Source of the DNA: Streptosporangiaceae bacterium
GTDB taxonomy: Bacteria > Actinomycetota > Actinomycetes > Streptosporangiales > Streptosporangiaceae
Reading direction: 5' to 3'
Length of the DNA: 58,205 nt
Assembly: GCA_030038495.1 (NCBI GenBank)
Contig: JASHOV010000117.1
Location: forward strand, 1-58,205
Positions 49,915 through 58,205 of this stretch are shown here, piece after piece. Both the position numbers and the translations under genes were made by a program. Every line of letters begins with the position of its first letter. Positions within the stretch are counted from its first letter, which is position 1. The notes below the pieces were generated by a model. That model was not told the DNA's origin. It made no database searches and was given only the letters and a program-made list of their open reading frames with translations.

Positions 49915-50895
49915 CTGCGGTCCGGGCTGGTCTGTGACCAGCTCAGTGCCGAGGGCGCTGCGGATGTACAGCACGCTGCGGCCATGGCGGCCGCGGGTCA
50001 CCAGGCGCGAGGCGTGCAGGGCGGCGAGGTGCTGGCTGATCGCGCTGGGCGTTACCCGCAGAACTCGCGCGAGTTCGGTAGTGCTGGCCGGCGTCTCGAG
50101 CAGCGCAAGCAGCCTGGCCCGGGTCGGGCCGAGGAGTTCCGCGAGCGCGGCATCGGCCGCGGCGCCGGGCTGCTGCGTCCATGCGGTGCCGCGGCCGCGG
50201 GCCGGATAGACGATGAAATCGTGCGGGCCTGGGGTCATCATGCAGATGGCGCCCCGCGCAAACAGGCTGGGCACCAGGGTCAGGCCTTCTCCCCGCAGCG
50301 TCACCCGCCCGGACATGCCGAACAGATTCAGCGACAGCACTCCGTCAGCCCAGCTGAGCCGGTCGTCGAGGCCTGCGAACAGTTCCCTTGCCCCGCCCGC
50401 CGTCAGCTGCCTGGCCCGGTATCCGATCTCGCTTTCCAGCACTCCGGCCATCACGGCCCAGTACGGCTGGACGCAGGAATGCCAGTACCCCTCGATGGCA
50501 TCCGCGATCCGGGCGGCCAGCGGTACCGGGTCCTGCAGTCCGTCGGCCAGGACTGCTGGCATCGTCTCCCCGGCGTAGGCCAGCCGGATCTGCTCCGCAA
50601 CCGCTTGGGCCGGCGTCTGCCGGAGTGCCGCGAGCCCTTCCTCGAAGCTGGGCGCGGGACTCATCGGCCTCGGCGTCAGGTAATCCGGGATGTTGCGCCG
50701 CCTGGTCACCAGCGCCAGCAGCAGGTCGCCGTCCAGCTGGCTGAAGGCTGCCGCGGTCTTGATCAGGTACGGCCGGTGCTCGGGAAATATACGGGGCGAC
50801 CTGCGCGGCCGCAGGCTCATGACGGTCTCGACCAGCGGCGAGCAGGAGAACGAGGTCGCGGCGAGCGCGGCCACATCCAGGTGATATTCGAGCAT
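49879..50895 (-). CDS. ArsR-like winged-helix regulator with a large N-terminal domain (DUF5937-like)
   Basis: Start MLEYHLDV at 50895. C-terminal LLALLETPASTTELARVLRVTPSAISQHLAALHASRLV. Divergent from the MFS gene. Confidence 0.7.
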   Translation of the reverse strand: MLEYHLDVAALAATSFSCSPLVETVMSLRPRRSPRIFPEHRPYLIKTAAAFSQLDGDLLLALVTRRRNIPDYLTPRPMSPAPSFEEGLAALRQTPAQAVAEQIRLAYAGETMPAVLADGLQDPVPLAARIADAIEGYWHSCVQPYWAVMAGVLESEIGYRARQLTAGGARELFAGLDDRLSWADGVLSLNLFGMSGRVTLRGEGLTLVPSLFARGAICMMTPGPHDFIVYPARGRGTAWTQQPGAAADAALAELLGPTRARLLALLETPASTTELARVLRVTPSAISQHLAALHASRLVTRGRHGRSVLYIRSALGTELVTDQPGPQLPRDSALGIEQ

Positions 50896-50950
50896 TAAGC
50901 CAGAGTCTAAATCAATTCGGCAGACACCTGGCATGCGCTGAGCTGGTGCC

Positions 50951-52249
50951 ATGGCCGACCAGACGAGCAGCCCCGTTCCGCCCGCCCGGAGGCGGAACAT
51001 CGCGCCCGGCAGCCCGATCATGCGACGGCTGGCCATGATCACTCTGGTCGACACCTTCGGCGACGGGCTTTTCCTCACCATCGGAGTGCTGTACTTCACC
51101 AGGGTCGTCGGCCTGCCGGCCGGCCAGGTCGGGCTCGGCCTCACCATCGCAGGAGGCTGCGGCGTCATCGCCGGCATTCTCTTCGGGCGCATCGCCGATC
51201 GCTGGCCCGCCAAGCCGCTGATGATCGGCTTGCTCGTGATCGAGGCGGTGGGCATGCTCGCCTATCCGATGATCGGGTCGTTCTGGGTTTTCCTCGTGCT
51301 GGCCTGCCTGGTCGGCTTCGTCGACCGCGGTGTCTCCGCCGTCAGGTCGGCCCTGATCGCCCGGTCTGTGGCCGGACCCGAACGCGTGCGGGGCAAGGCT
51401 TTCCTGCGATCGGTCACCAACGTCGGCATAGGAGCCGGCTCCGGCGTGGCGGCCATCGCCCTGCAGGCCGATACGAGGGCCGCCTACGTGGCACTCATCG
51501 CGATCGACGCAGCTACGTTCGTAGTGGCCGCCGCCCTGCTGTCCGGGCTGCGGGTCCAGCCACCGGCGCCGGCCGCCAGGACGGCGGGTGCCCGGCCGCC
51601 GCGCTCGCCCTGGCGGGACCGGCGGTATCTCGTCTTCGTGCTGCTCAACTCGCTGATGTCGCTGCAGTTCTGCATCCTGGAGATCGGCGTTCCGCTGTGG
51701 GTGGTCAGGGCCACCACCGCCCCTCGTTACCTCGTCTCGGTGCTGTTCATACTCAACACGGTCCTGGTGGTACTGCTGCAGATCCGAGCAAGCCGCGGCA
51801 TGGAAGAGCCGTTGCGCGCCAGCCGCGGGTTCCGGCTGGCTGGCTTCCTGGTGGCTGCATCGTGCCTGGCGTACGGCTGTGCCCGCGGTATGCCGCCGGC
51901 CTTCGCGGTGGTCGCCCTGCTCGTCGCCGGCGTCGCGCAGACGCTCGGGGAGGTACTGTGCTCAGCGGCGGGCTGGGCACTCAGCTTCGAGCTTGCTGAT
52001 CCGGACGCGCCGGGTGCCTACCAGGGCGTGTACGGCAGCGGCGCGTCGGCAGCGATGATGATCGGGCCGGTCGTCATCACCGAGTCAGCGATCAGGTTCG
52101 GCATGCCGGGCTGGGCTGGGCTGGCCGCACTGTTCGCACTGACCGGCGCCCTGCTCGTTCCCGTCATCCGCCGGAGCCAGCTCACGCCGCCGGCCGGAAG
52201 GCCCGCGCGGGGTTTTCGACTGGGTGATTTGCCGGTTGATGCCGGTTAG
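50951..52249 (+). CDS. MFS transporter
   Basis: ~12 TM helices and a GRIADRW loop-2/3 motif. Confidence 0.8.
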   Translation: MADQTSSPVPPARRRNIAPGSPIMRRLAMITLVDTFGDGLFLTIGVLYFTRVVGLPAGQVGLGLTIAGGCGVIAGILFGRIADRWPAKPLMIGLLVIEAVGMLAYPMIGSFWVFLVLACLVGFVDRGVSAVRSALIARSVAGPERVRGKAFLRSVTNVGIGAGSGVAAIALQADTRAAYVALIAIDAATFVVAAALLSGLRVQPPAPAARTAGARPPRSPWRDRRYLVFVLLNSLMSLQFCILEIGVPLWVVRATTAPRYLVSVLFILNTVLVVLLQIRASRGMEEPLRASRGFRLAGFLVAASCLAYGCARGMPPAFAVVALLVAGVAQTLGEVLCSAAGWALSFELADPDAPGAYQGVYGSGASAAMMIGPVVITESAIRFGMPGWAGLAALFALTGALLVPVIRRSQLTPPAGRPARGFRLGDLPVDAG

Positions 52250-52351
52250 CGGACGGCCGGTGAGACGCTTGCATGGGCAGGCAGTTGCAGCGGGCGCGGC
52301 CTAGTCCCGGCCCAGTCCGGCTTCCGCGCGTGGTCAAGGGAGGCTGAATCG

Positions 52352-53212
52352 GTGAACACCGGCGGGATGACATCTCCCGGCGTTGGTCCGGACGTGCCCA
52401 ATGTGGCGCGGATATATGACTACTTCCTCGGGGGCACGGACAACTTCCCTGCCGACCGGGCGGCAGCGGCGAAAATCGCCGAGGCCGCGCCCGAAGTGGT
52501 GCAGCGGGTCCGGGAAAACCGCGAATTCCTCGGCCGGTCTGTCCGGTTCCTGGCCGCGGCCGGCATCCACCAGTTCCTCGACGTCGGCGCCGGCCTGCCG
52601 ACACGGGAAAACGTGCACCAGGTGGCCAGGCGGCTCGTCCCTGCCGCTCGCGTCGTCTACGTCGACAACGATCCGGCCGTCGTCGCGCACGCCCAGTCGA
52701 TCCTCGCGACCGTCCCTGGCACCATCGCCATCGAGGCCGATATGCGCGAGCCCGCAGCGATCTTGCGCCGGGTGGCCGAGCAGGGGTTCATCGACCTGGC
52801 TCAGCCCGTGGCCATCCTCATGCTCGCCGTTTTGCATTTCATCCCCGACGACGCCCAGGCGGCCGCGATCGCCGCGACGTTCCGCGAGCAGATGGCGGCC
52901 GGAAGCTATCTGGCCATCACGCACGCCACAGCCGGCAATATGAGCGCGTCGAACCTGGCCCAGGCCGCCCAGACCTATGCCACCAGCTCGGCCGGATCCA
53001 TCACCCTGCGGGGCCACGACGAGATCGAGGCGCTGTTCGGCGAGCTGGAGCTGGCAGAGCCCGGGGTCGTCCCGGCCGCGCACTGGCGGTCAGGAACGGC
53101 AAGCCCGCCCGCCATTTACGGGCCCACATTCCTCGGCGGCCTGGCCCGCAAAACGGTGGCTCGCGGCAGTGGTCCGGCCGCGGCGCCCGGCGCTGACGCG
53201 CCTGGGCGCTGA
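52352..53212 (+). CDS. SAM-dependent methyltransferase (DUF574/Methyltransf_19-like)
   Basis: ARIYDYFLGGTDNFPADR...FLDVGAGLPT...VVYVDNDPAV, typical of this actinomycete family. Confidence 0.8.
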   Translation: MNTGGMTSPGVGPDVPNVARIYDYFLGGTDNFPADRAAAAKIAEAAPEVVQRVRENREFLGRSVRFLAAAGIHQFLDVGAGLPTRENVHQVARRLVPAARVVYVDNDPAVVAHAQSILATVPGTIAIEADMREPAAILRRVAEQGFIDLAQPVAILMLAVLHFIPDDAQAAAIAATFREQMAAGSYLAITHATAGNMSASNLAQAAQTYATSSAGSITLRGHDEIEALFGELELAEPGVVPAAHWRSGTASPPAIYGPTFLGGLARKTVARGSGPAAAPGADAPGR

Positions 53213-53276
53213 CGCGCCCCTGTCCGCTCGGGCCTCAGCCCGCCGCTCACCGCATCCGTGGCGGCCCGGCGCGGGT

Positions 53277-54200
53277 TCAGCGCTGGACGTCGCCGCTGGC
53301 CGGCGGGTTGGGCTGGGACGGTTTCCCGCCGACGAAGTCTTCCCAGTCGGTCTGCAGCGGGGCCCAGCGCTGATCGAAGTTGGCGGCGCGGCGCGTAGCT
53401 CGTTCCAGGCGCCTGCCCCGGTAGCGATGTCGGGCCCAGACTGATGACGGGCGCGCGAGCCGCAGCGCGCCGATCAGCCCGATGGGTGGCAGGAAGAGCC
53501 CGAACAGTGCCGACCGGTACTTGCCTTTCAGCACGCAGATGACGGCAAGAACGCCGTCGGTGATGAGGATCCCGGTTGCGGTCAGGCGCAGTGACATCTC
53601 GAGAACGTCGACGTGTTTCACGCCGAATGGGCTGAACCCGACGAGAGCCAGCCCGAGGCAGGCGGCCGTCAGGCTCACCGCCTCGACAGAAAGCTGGCCC
53701 TCGCCGCTCCAGTAGACGTCCTGCAGATGCAGGATCAGCGCGAACTCATCCAGGACGAGCGAGGTGCCGATACCGACCGCCACCGCCGCGAACGAGCGCC
53801 AGCCGAGCGAGCTGGGGCCGCCGACCGCCGTGAAGGCTCCGATGATCAGCAGGATGATGCCGGGGACAGAGTGATGAATGTGCGTCCCGCTGGCCGTCAC
53901 CTGGTTCCGGAATGGGCCGCGGCCGTCGCGAATCATGCGGGTGATCGTCCGGGTCAGCACAAATGTGACGACGAAGGCCAGAAAGCACAGCATCAGCGGT
54001 AGCTTGCCTGCCGCGATCACGTCGCGGTGCCACCATGAGGCCATGCCGACACCATAGAGGTCGGTCGCGGCGCGAGTTAACAGGCCGGCGAGCGGCGGCC
54101 CGACCGCCGAGCAGGCTACTGCTACCAGAACGCGGCCGGCGGTGAGACCGCTGAGGGAACGAATACCACTCAGCCGTCGGCGTCGAGGCAGCGATCGCAC
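53277..54200 (-). CDS. Integral membrane protein, function unknown (start may be the internal M at ~54044)
   Basis: ~7 hydrophobic helices and high GC3. Confidence 0.6.
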   Translation of the reverse strand: MRSLPRRRRLSGIRSLSGLTAGRVLVAVACSAVGPPLAGLLTRAATDLYGVGMASWWHRDVIAAGKLPLMLCFLAFVVTFVLTRTITRMIRDGRGPFRNQVTASGTHIHHSVPGIILLIIGAFTAVGGPSSLGWRSFAAVAVGIGTSLVLDEFALILHLQDVYWSGEGQLSVEAVSLTAACLGLALVGFSPFGVKHVDVLEMSLRLTATGILITDGVLAVICVLKGKYRSALFGLFLPPIGLIGALRLARPSSVWARHRYRGRRLERATRRAANFDQRWAPLQTDWEDFVGGKPSQPNPPASGDVQR

Positions 54201-54406
54201 GCAACTGGGACAAGTTCATCAGTTACGGCTACACCTTCAGAGTGGCTGACGGCACCGCGGCGCACCACGGTTCGGCGCCGGTGCCATGGCAGATGCTGGC
54301 CATCGACGGCGCGACCGTGGCGGCTGCGGGCATGCAGTTTCCTGTGCTCGACGAAACCGGCCGGGTGAGCAGCGACTACCAGTTCATCACCCGGTCCCCG
54401 GCCTGA
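54155..54406 (+). pseudogene. Possible 5'-truncated remnant of an NTF2/SnoaL-like gene
   Basis: An open frame with coding-like composition reads ...AIARNWDKFISYGYTFRVADG...QFPVLDETGRVSSDYQFI*. There is no start codon before the GTG at 54242, and an in-frame stop lies at 54152. Confidence 0.3.
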
Positions 54407-55631
54407 TCGTGAAGGGGAGAGTGGCGTAGCGGCGGGTGTAATGGCCGAGGGCAAAGGTGCCCGCCGCGGCGTCGACGGCGAAGCCGGGGAAGCGCGCGAG
54501 CAGTTGCTGCAGGACAACGCGAGCCTGCAGCCGGGCGGCCGCAGCGCCCAGGCAGTGGTGCGGGCCGATGGCGAAGGCCAGGTGATGGCCCCCGCCCCGC
54601 GAACCGCGCAGGACGTCGAACTCGTCCGCGCCGGGGCCGAAGACGCGAGGATCGCGGTTGGCCGACCCGTACAGCAGCAGTACCTTGCGGCCACTGCGGA
54701 TCCCGTGCCCGTGAATGTCGGTGTCGCGGGCCAGGGTCCGGGCCAGGCACTGAACTGGCGAGGTCAGCCGGAGCAGCTCCTCGATTGCCGCGGGTAGCAG
54801 GTCTGGCCGGGACAGCAGCAGCCGCCGCTGGCCTGGATGGGTGGTGAGCAGCTCGGCGGCACCGCTGAGCAGGCCGGTCACGGTGTCGTTACCGCCGGCG
54901 ATCATGGTGAATGCGAAACCAAGGATTCGCAGCGCTCCGGCTGCGTCGCCGTCCATCAGCCGCACCAGATCCGAGATTGTGTCATCGGCTGGCTCAGCGC
55001 GGCGCCGTTGGATCAGCGTCGTGAAATAGCCGAACAGCTCGGCGGCGGTGTCGGCGGCCCGGGTCGGAGTGCTCGCGGCGTTGGCTTCGACGATGCCGCG
55101 GGTCCAGCCGTCGAACCGCGCCCGGTCTGCCTCCGGCACCCCCAGGTAACTCGCGACGACGAAGCTGGGGACCGGCCGGAAGAGGTCGGCGACGATGTCG
55201 CACTCTCCCCGCTCCGCGATGGCATCCAGCCGGGCGTCGACGAACTGGCGCACCTGCGGCTCGATTTCCGCGACCCGGCGCGGGGTATAGCCGCGGCCGA
55301 TGAGTGCGCGGAACTCGGTGTGATCTGGCGGATCCATCATCACCAGAGGCGCGACCGCTTCCAGCCCGGCCGCGGCCCGCTCGCCGTAGCTAACGGTCAG
55401 CCCGCCGGCCGAGCTGTAACGAGTGGTATCGAGCACAGCCGCCTGGACATCGGCATAACGCGACAGCACCCAGTAGTCGCCGTCTTCGACATGGTGCGCG
55501 GGATCAGCATCCCTGAGCGCGGCGTACATCGGCCACGGTGCACGCCACGTCTCGCCCGAGCACAGCCGGAAGCAAGCAGTTGCCTGGCGGGCCATGTTCG
55601 CAGCATCCCTGGGGACGGTCCCGGCCGTCAA
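54387..55631 (-). CDS. Cytochrome P450
   Basis: Heme loop FAIGPHHCLGAAAA, I-helix AGGNDTV and ExxR (EELLR). Confidence 0.9.
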   Translation of the reverse strand: MTAGTVPRDAANMARQATACFRLCSGETWRAPWPMYAALRDADPAHHVEDGDYWVLSRYADVQAAVLDTTRYSSAGGLTVSYGERAAAGLEAVAPLVMMDPPDHTEFRALIGRGYTPRRVAEIEPQVRQFVDARLDAIAERGECDIVADLFRPVPSFVVASYLGVPEADRARFDGWTRGIVEANAASTPTRAADTAAELFGYFTTLIQRRRAEPADDTISDLVRLMDGDAAGALRILGFAFTMIAGGNDTVTGLLSGAAELLTTHPGQRRLLLSRPDLLPAAIEELLRLTSPVQCLARTLARDTDIHGHGIRSGRKVLLLYGSANRDPRVFGPGADEFDVLRGSRGGGHHLAFAIGPHHCLGAAAARLQARVVLQQLLARFPGFAVDAAAGTFALGHYTRRYATLPFTIRPGTG

Positions 55632-55732
55632 TGCCAGTGGTCCTTCCGGCTACGCGTCCCGCCCAGGGCTCCTTGTCATCGGCGAGGAAGCCGAGGCAGG
55701 ACCGGCCCATGGGTCCGCGCGGGCAGCTTCGG

Positions 55733-56443
55733 TCAGGACCGGTATTGCCAGTGCCATGGCTCGGCCCTCATGCCGAACTCGTTGTCTTCGGGCCAGGATT
55801 CGTAAAAGCTGAACTCGCCCCCATGTCGACGTAGCCAGGCGTATTCGACTGTGTCCTTGAAATCCTCGGGGTGCTCGTTAGACGGCGATCCGTCAACGTT
55901 CTTAAAATCAATCGCCGCTTTGCTGGCAATGGTGTGCTGTGAGTAGTTTGGCGGCGAGGCATGACGGATCGTCTTGGCAATGTCGCCGTGATAGGCCTCG
56001 ATAAGCCAGTTGATGAAGACGGCCACCTGATAAGCGGGGGAACGATAGCACGATACAACAAGCAGTTTGCGCTTTGGATGCCCGGCCATGAACGCCTCGT
56101 TCATGCGGACGTACGCCTCGAAGATGTGAGCAGGAACGTACTTCTCTCCTAGGGTCTTGCGTACGCCATGCTCCGTGTACTGCTGACCGCTCACCTTCAC
56201 CAGGTCGGCCGGTACGGGTTCAAGATCCCCGGCATAGGGCGTATTGACGCCGTAGTCCTGTGGCCTAAGATTCATGATTTGATCGACGATGGCCTGCTGG
56301 CCGGTGCTCAACAAGGCTTTTAGTCTGTCCAGCGTGACGGTAGGAATCAATATGCCTTGCGCTTCGAGCGCCTCGAAAGTCTCGGGAAACGTTCTTAGTA
56401 CTGATTCCTCGAATGATTCGACTGGATCACTCATGTTCTCCAC
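55733..56443 (-). CDS. M15-family zinc D-Ala-D-Ala carboxypeptidase/dipeptidase (VanY/VanX-like), no signal peptide
   Basis: SCYRSPAYQ, SQHTIASKAAID and EPWHWQY motifs. Codons are visibly richer in A/T at position 3 than in the neighbouring genes. Confidence 0.8.
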   Translation of the reverse strand: MENMSDPVESFEESVLRTFPETFEALEAQGILIPTVTLDRLKALLSTGQQAIVDQIMNLRPQDYGVNTPYAGDLEPVPADLVKVSGQQYTEHGVRKTLGEKYVPAHIFEAYVRMNEAFMAGHPKRKLLVVSCYRSPAYQVAVFINWLIEAYHGDIAKTIRHASPPNYSQHTIASKAAIDFKNVDGSPSNEHPEDFKDTVEYAWLRRHGGEFSFYESWPEDNEFGMRAEPWHWQYRS

Positions 56444-56506
56444 GGTACAGGCGGCCGCAGCACGGCCCGCTGGCCGATCCTGCCGGCCGCTGCGACGGCC
56501 ACCGGC

Positions 56507-56716
56507 TTACTCGGGGCGGTATTCTCGCCGGCCGGTCTTCGGGTTGTACCAGACTCGCATCCGCTGGCCGTTCGCGGGATCGATGAAGACCTCATCGGTC
56601 CGCTCGGCGGTGTTGTCCACGCTCTTGCGGCCGCCCCGATACCGGTCCCAGCCCAGCAGTGCGACGACGACTCCCACGATGACTACCGCGAGGATGATCC
56701 ATTCCACGGGGTGCAT
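56507..56716 (-). CDS. Small single-TM membrane protein
   Basis: Start at MHPVEWIILAVVIVGVVVALLG. 69 aa. Confidence 0.5.
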   Translation of the reverse strand: MHPVEWIILAVVIVGVVVALLGWDRYRGGRKSVDNTAERTDEVFIDPANGQRMRVWYNPKTGRREYRPE

Positions 56717-56729
56717 GGCGTGCCTCCGC

Positions 56730-57179
56730 TCAGTCCGGTGCGCCCGGCGCGGAGTCCGGGACCGACTCGACCACGCGGGCCGTGCCGTAGGCAACAATCT
56801 CGCTCATGCTCCTGGCCATCTCCGTGGAGTCGAAGCGCATCATCGTCACGGCGTTGGCGCCCATCGCCGCGGCGTTCTGCACCATGCGGTCGATGGCCTG
56901 ACGGCGGGCGTCCTCGTTGAGCTTGACGTACGAGCCGATCTCGCCGCCGACGATGCTCTTGAGGCCGGCCGCGATATTGCCGCCAAGGCTGCGGGACCGG
57001 ACGGTAAGTCCGAAAACGTGGCCGAGAGTCCTGACGACCCTGGTGCCCGGGATGTTCTCGGTCGTCGTGACGATGATCGATCCCGACGGAGCGGCTGACG
57101 GGTTCGTCGCGGCGACGGGCCCGGAGCCCGGATCGGCATGCTCATCTGGCGCCTGCATTCGGATTCCTCCTGTTGTCAA
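56730..57179 (-). CDS. YbjQ/UPF0145-family protein
   Basis: VTTTENIPG...G.VFG..VRSR..G.NI.AG.K.IVGGEI..Y pattern. The start may be M8 at 57158. Confidence 0.8.
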   Translation of the reverse strand: MTTGGIRMQAPDEHADPGSGPVAATNPSAAPSGSIIVTTTENIPGTRVVRTLGHVFGLTVRSRSLGGNIAAGLKSIVGGEIGSYVKLNEDARRQAIDRMVQNAAAMGANAVTMMRFDSTEMARSMSEIVAYGTARVVESVPDSAPGAPD

Positions 57180-57334
57180 GGCGGCCTTCGCGCCAGCGCG
57201 GAGACTTTCCGTTGTGGCTGAACGGAAAGTCTCCGCCCCGGCCCGGCGCCGCCGCCGACCTCATATCAATGTGATAGCATACTGATATGGGAACCGCAAG
57301 TGTGAGGCGGGTCACGGTTGCCGGGGCGGTTCAG

Positions 57335-58205
57335 CTAGCTCGCCGCCTGGTTGAGGCGCTTCCATTCGGTGACCGCATCGGCGGACCAGCTTGCGTGCCG
57401 GGCCGCGAACAGCTCCGCCGCCCCGGCGCCGCTCCACCTGCCGGGCAGCAGCTTGGCCGGAAGGCCGGGGTCGACGGAAGGGAACCGGCGCCAGGCATGC
57501 ACCAGCTCGATCAGGCGCGTGAGCGGATCCCGCGTGCTGGCAGCGGCGAACTCGGCCAGGAACGTCTCGTACTCGTGCTCGATCGCGGGGAGGTCCCAGG
57601 CCTGCGAGACCAGGGCGGAGAGCTCACCGCCGCCGCGGTGCTCGGCGGTGAAGATCTGCCCGTCCGGCACGCCGGCCTGGCGCAGGACCCGCGCGACCTC
57701 TTCCCTGCGCTCGGTATGGGTGGTGATCCATACGCCGGGCGCCGGGCTTCCGAGGCCCGCCCAGCTGAGGCGAGTGCGCAGCACATGGCGGACGGCCCTG
57801 TCGTTCTCCGGCACACGGGCCAGTACGAGCAGCCAGGTTCCGTCCCATGGGCGCCGGGTGCCGGCGAAGGCATAGATGCGCTCGGTTCCCTCGGTCAGCA
57901 GCCGGTCCCCATCGGCGGTCAGCCGCCAGCGGGTGCGCCGTCCCTGACGCTCCGCCTTAATCCAGCCGTCGGCGGCGGTCCTCGCGAGCGCCTGGCGGAT
58001 TGCCTTCTCCTCGACGCCAAGACGGCCAAATGTCTCGATGAACGCTGAGGTCCAGGCCGAGCCGCCCGTCGGCAGCACGAACTCGCCGAGGACAGTGAGC
58101 AGGAGGCCGCGGGCGCTGTCCGCACCCGCCGCGTGCCGGCGCGACAGCGAGGGGCCGGCGTCACCGGGACCCGCGTCAACGGGACCCGCGTCACCGGGAC
58201 CCGCG
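57335..58205 (-). CDS. PaaX-family transcriptional regulator (5' end runs off the window)
   Basis: LLLTVLGEFVLPTGGSAWTSAFIETFGRLGVEEKAIRQALART is the PaaX N-terminal wHTH. The frame stays open to the window edge through a GPGDA-type repeat. Confidence 0.75.
   Translation of the reverse strand, partial: AGPGDAGPVDAGPGDAGPSLSRRHAAGADSARGLLLTVLGEFVLPTGGSAWTSAFIETFGRLGVEEKAIRQALARTAADGWIKAERQGRRTRWRLTADGDRLLTEGTERIYAFAGTRRPWDGTWLLVLARVPENDRAVRHVLRTRLSWAGLGSPAPGVWITTHTERREEVARVLRQAGVPDGQIFTAEHRGGGELSALVSQAWDLPAIEHEYETFLAEFAAASTRDPLTRLIELVHAWRRFPSVDPGLPAKLLPGRWSGAGAAELFAARHASWSADAVTEWKRLNQAAS
58160..58205. repeat. 15-bp tandem repeat (at least 3 copies, truncated by the window end)
   Basis: gtcaccgggacccgc / gtcaacgggacccgc / gtcaccgggacccgc. 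Confidence 0.85.

Overview
This is a high-GC, actinomycete-type chromosomal window. About 55 protein-coding genes are supported. No rRNA, tRNA, CRISPR array, transposase or integrase was recognised. All product calls come from reading the translated ORFs for family motifs and from gene context. No database search was possible.

Two accessory loci stand out.

(1) 12098-27494 is a + strand phosphonate biosynthetic cluster. It encodes PEP mutase (EDKxxxxxNS motif), phosphonopyruvate decarboxylase, an Fe-alcohol dehydrogenase and a two-repeat HTH-cupin dioxygenase of the HEPD/MPnS family. It also encodes homologues of the phosphinothricin 'phosphonoformate branch': a D-2-hydroxyacid dehydrogenase, an aldehyde dehydrogenase, an HxGH nucleotidyltransferase and an archaeal-type phosphoglycerate-mutase-like enzyme. 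Isoprenoid genes are physically interleaved with these: a UbiA-family membrane prenyltransferase, a trans-polyprenyl diphosphate synthase, two tandem geranyl-diphosphate C-methyltransferase homologues and a third methyltransferase. I know of no characterised prenylated phosphonate, so this looks like a new hybrid pathway.

(2) 42082-48998 is a tightly packed + strand operon. It encodes a DegT-type aminotransferase, a sulfotransferase, an atypical SDR, a methyltransferase, an FAD oxidoreductase and an Asp/Glu-racemase-like enzyme. In its middle sits a 291-aa HK97-fold major-capsid-like gene (46124-46999) with no other phage genes nearby. That makes it an encapsulin-like shell embedded in a biosynthetic operon.

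The rest of the window is ordinary actinomycete content:
- ribosomal protein L28;
- secreted repeat proteins, including one collagen-like protein;
- a D,D-carboxypeptidase;
- an OmpR/intramembrane-HK two-component system with adjacent large membrane proteins;
- an ECF sigma/anti-sigma(BNR) pair;
- a YtrA-GntR/ABC operon;
- ArsR and PaaX regulators and MFS pumps;
- a P450;
- a visibly AT-richer cytoplasmic VanY/VanX-like M15 peptidase.

Many long ORFs in the six-frame track are antisense or out-of-frame shadow ORFs typical of high-GC DNA and were rejected.
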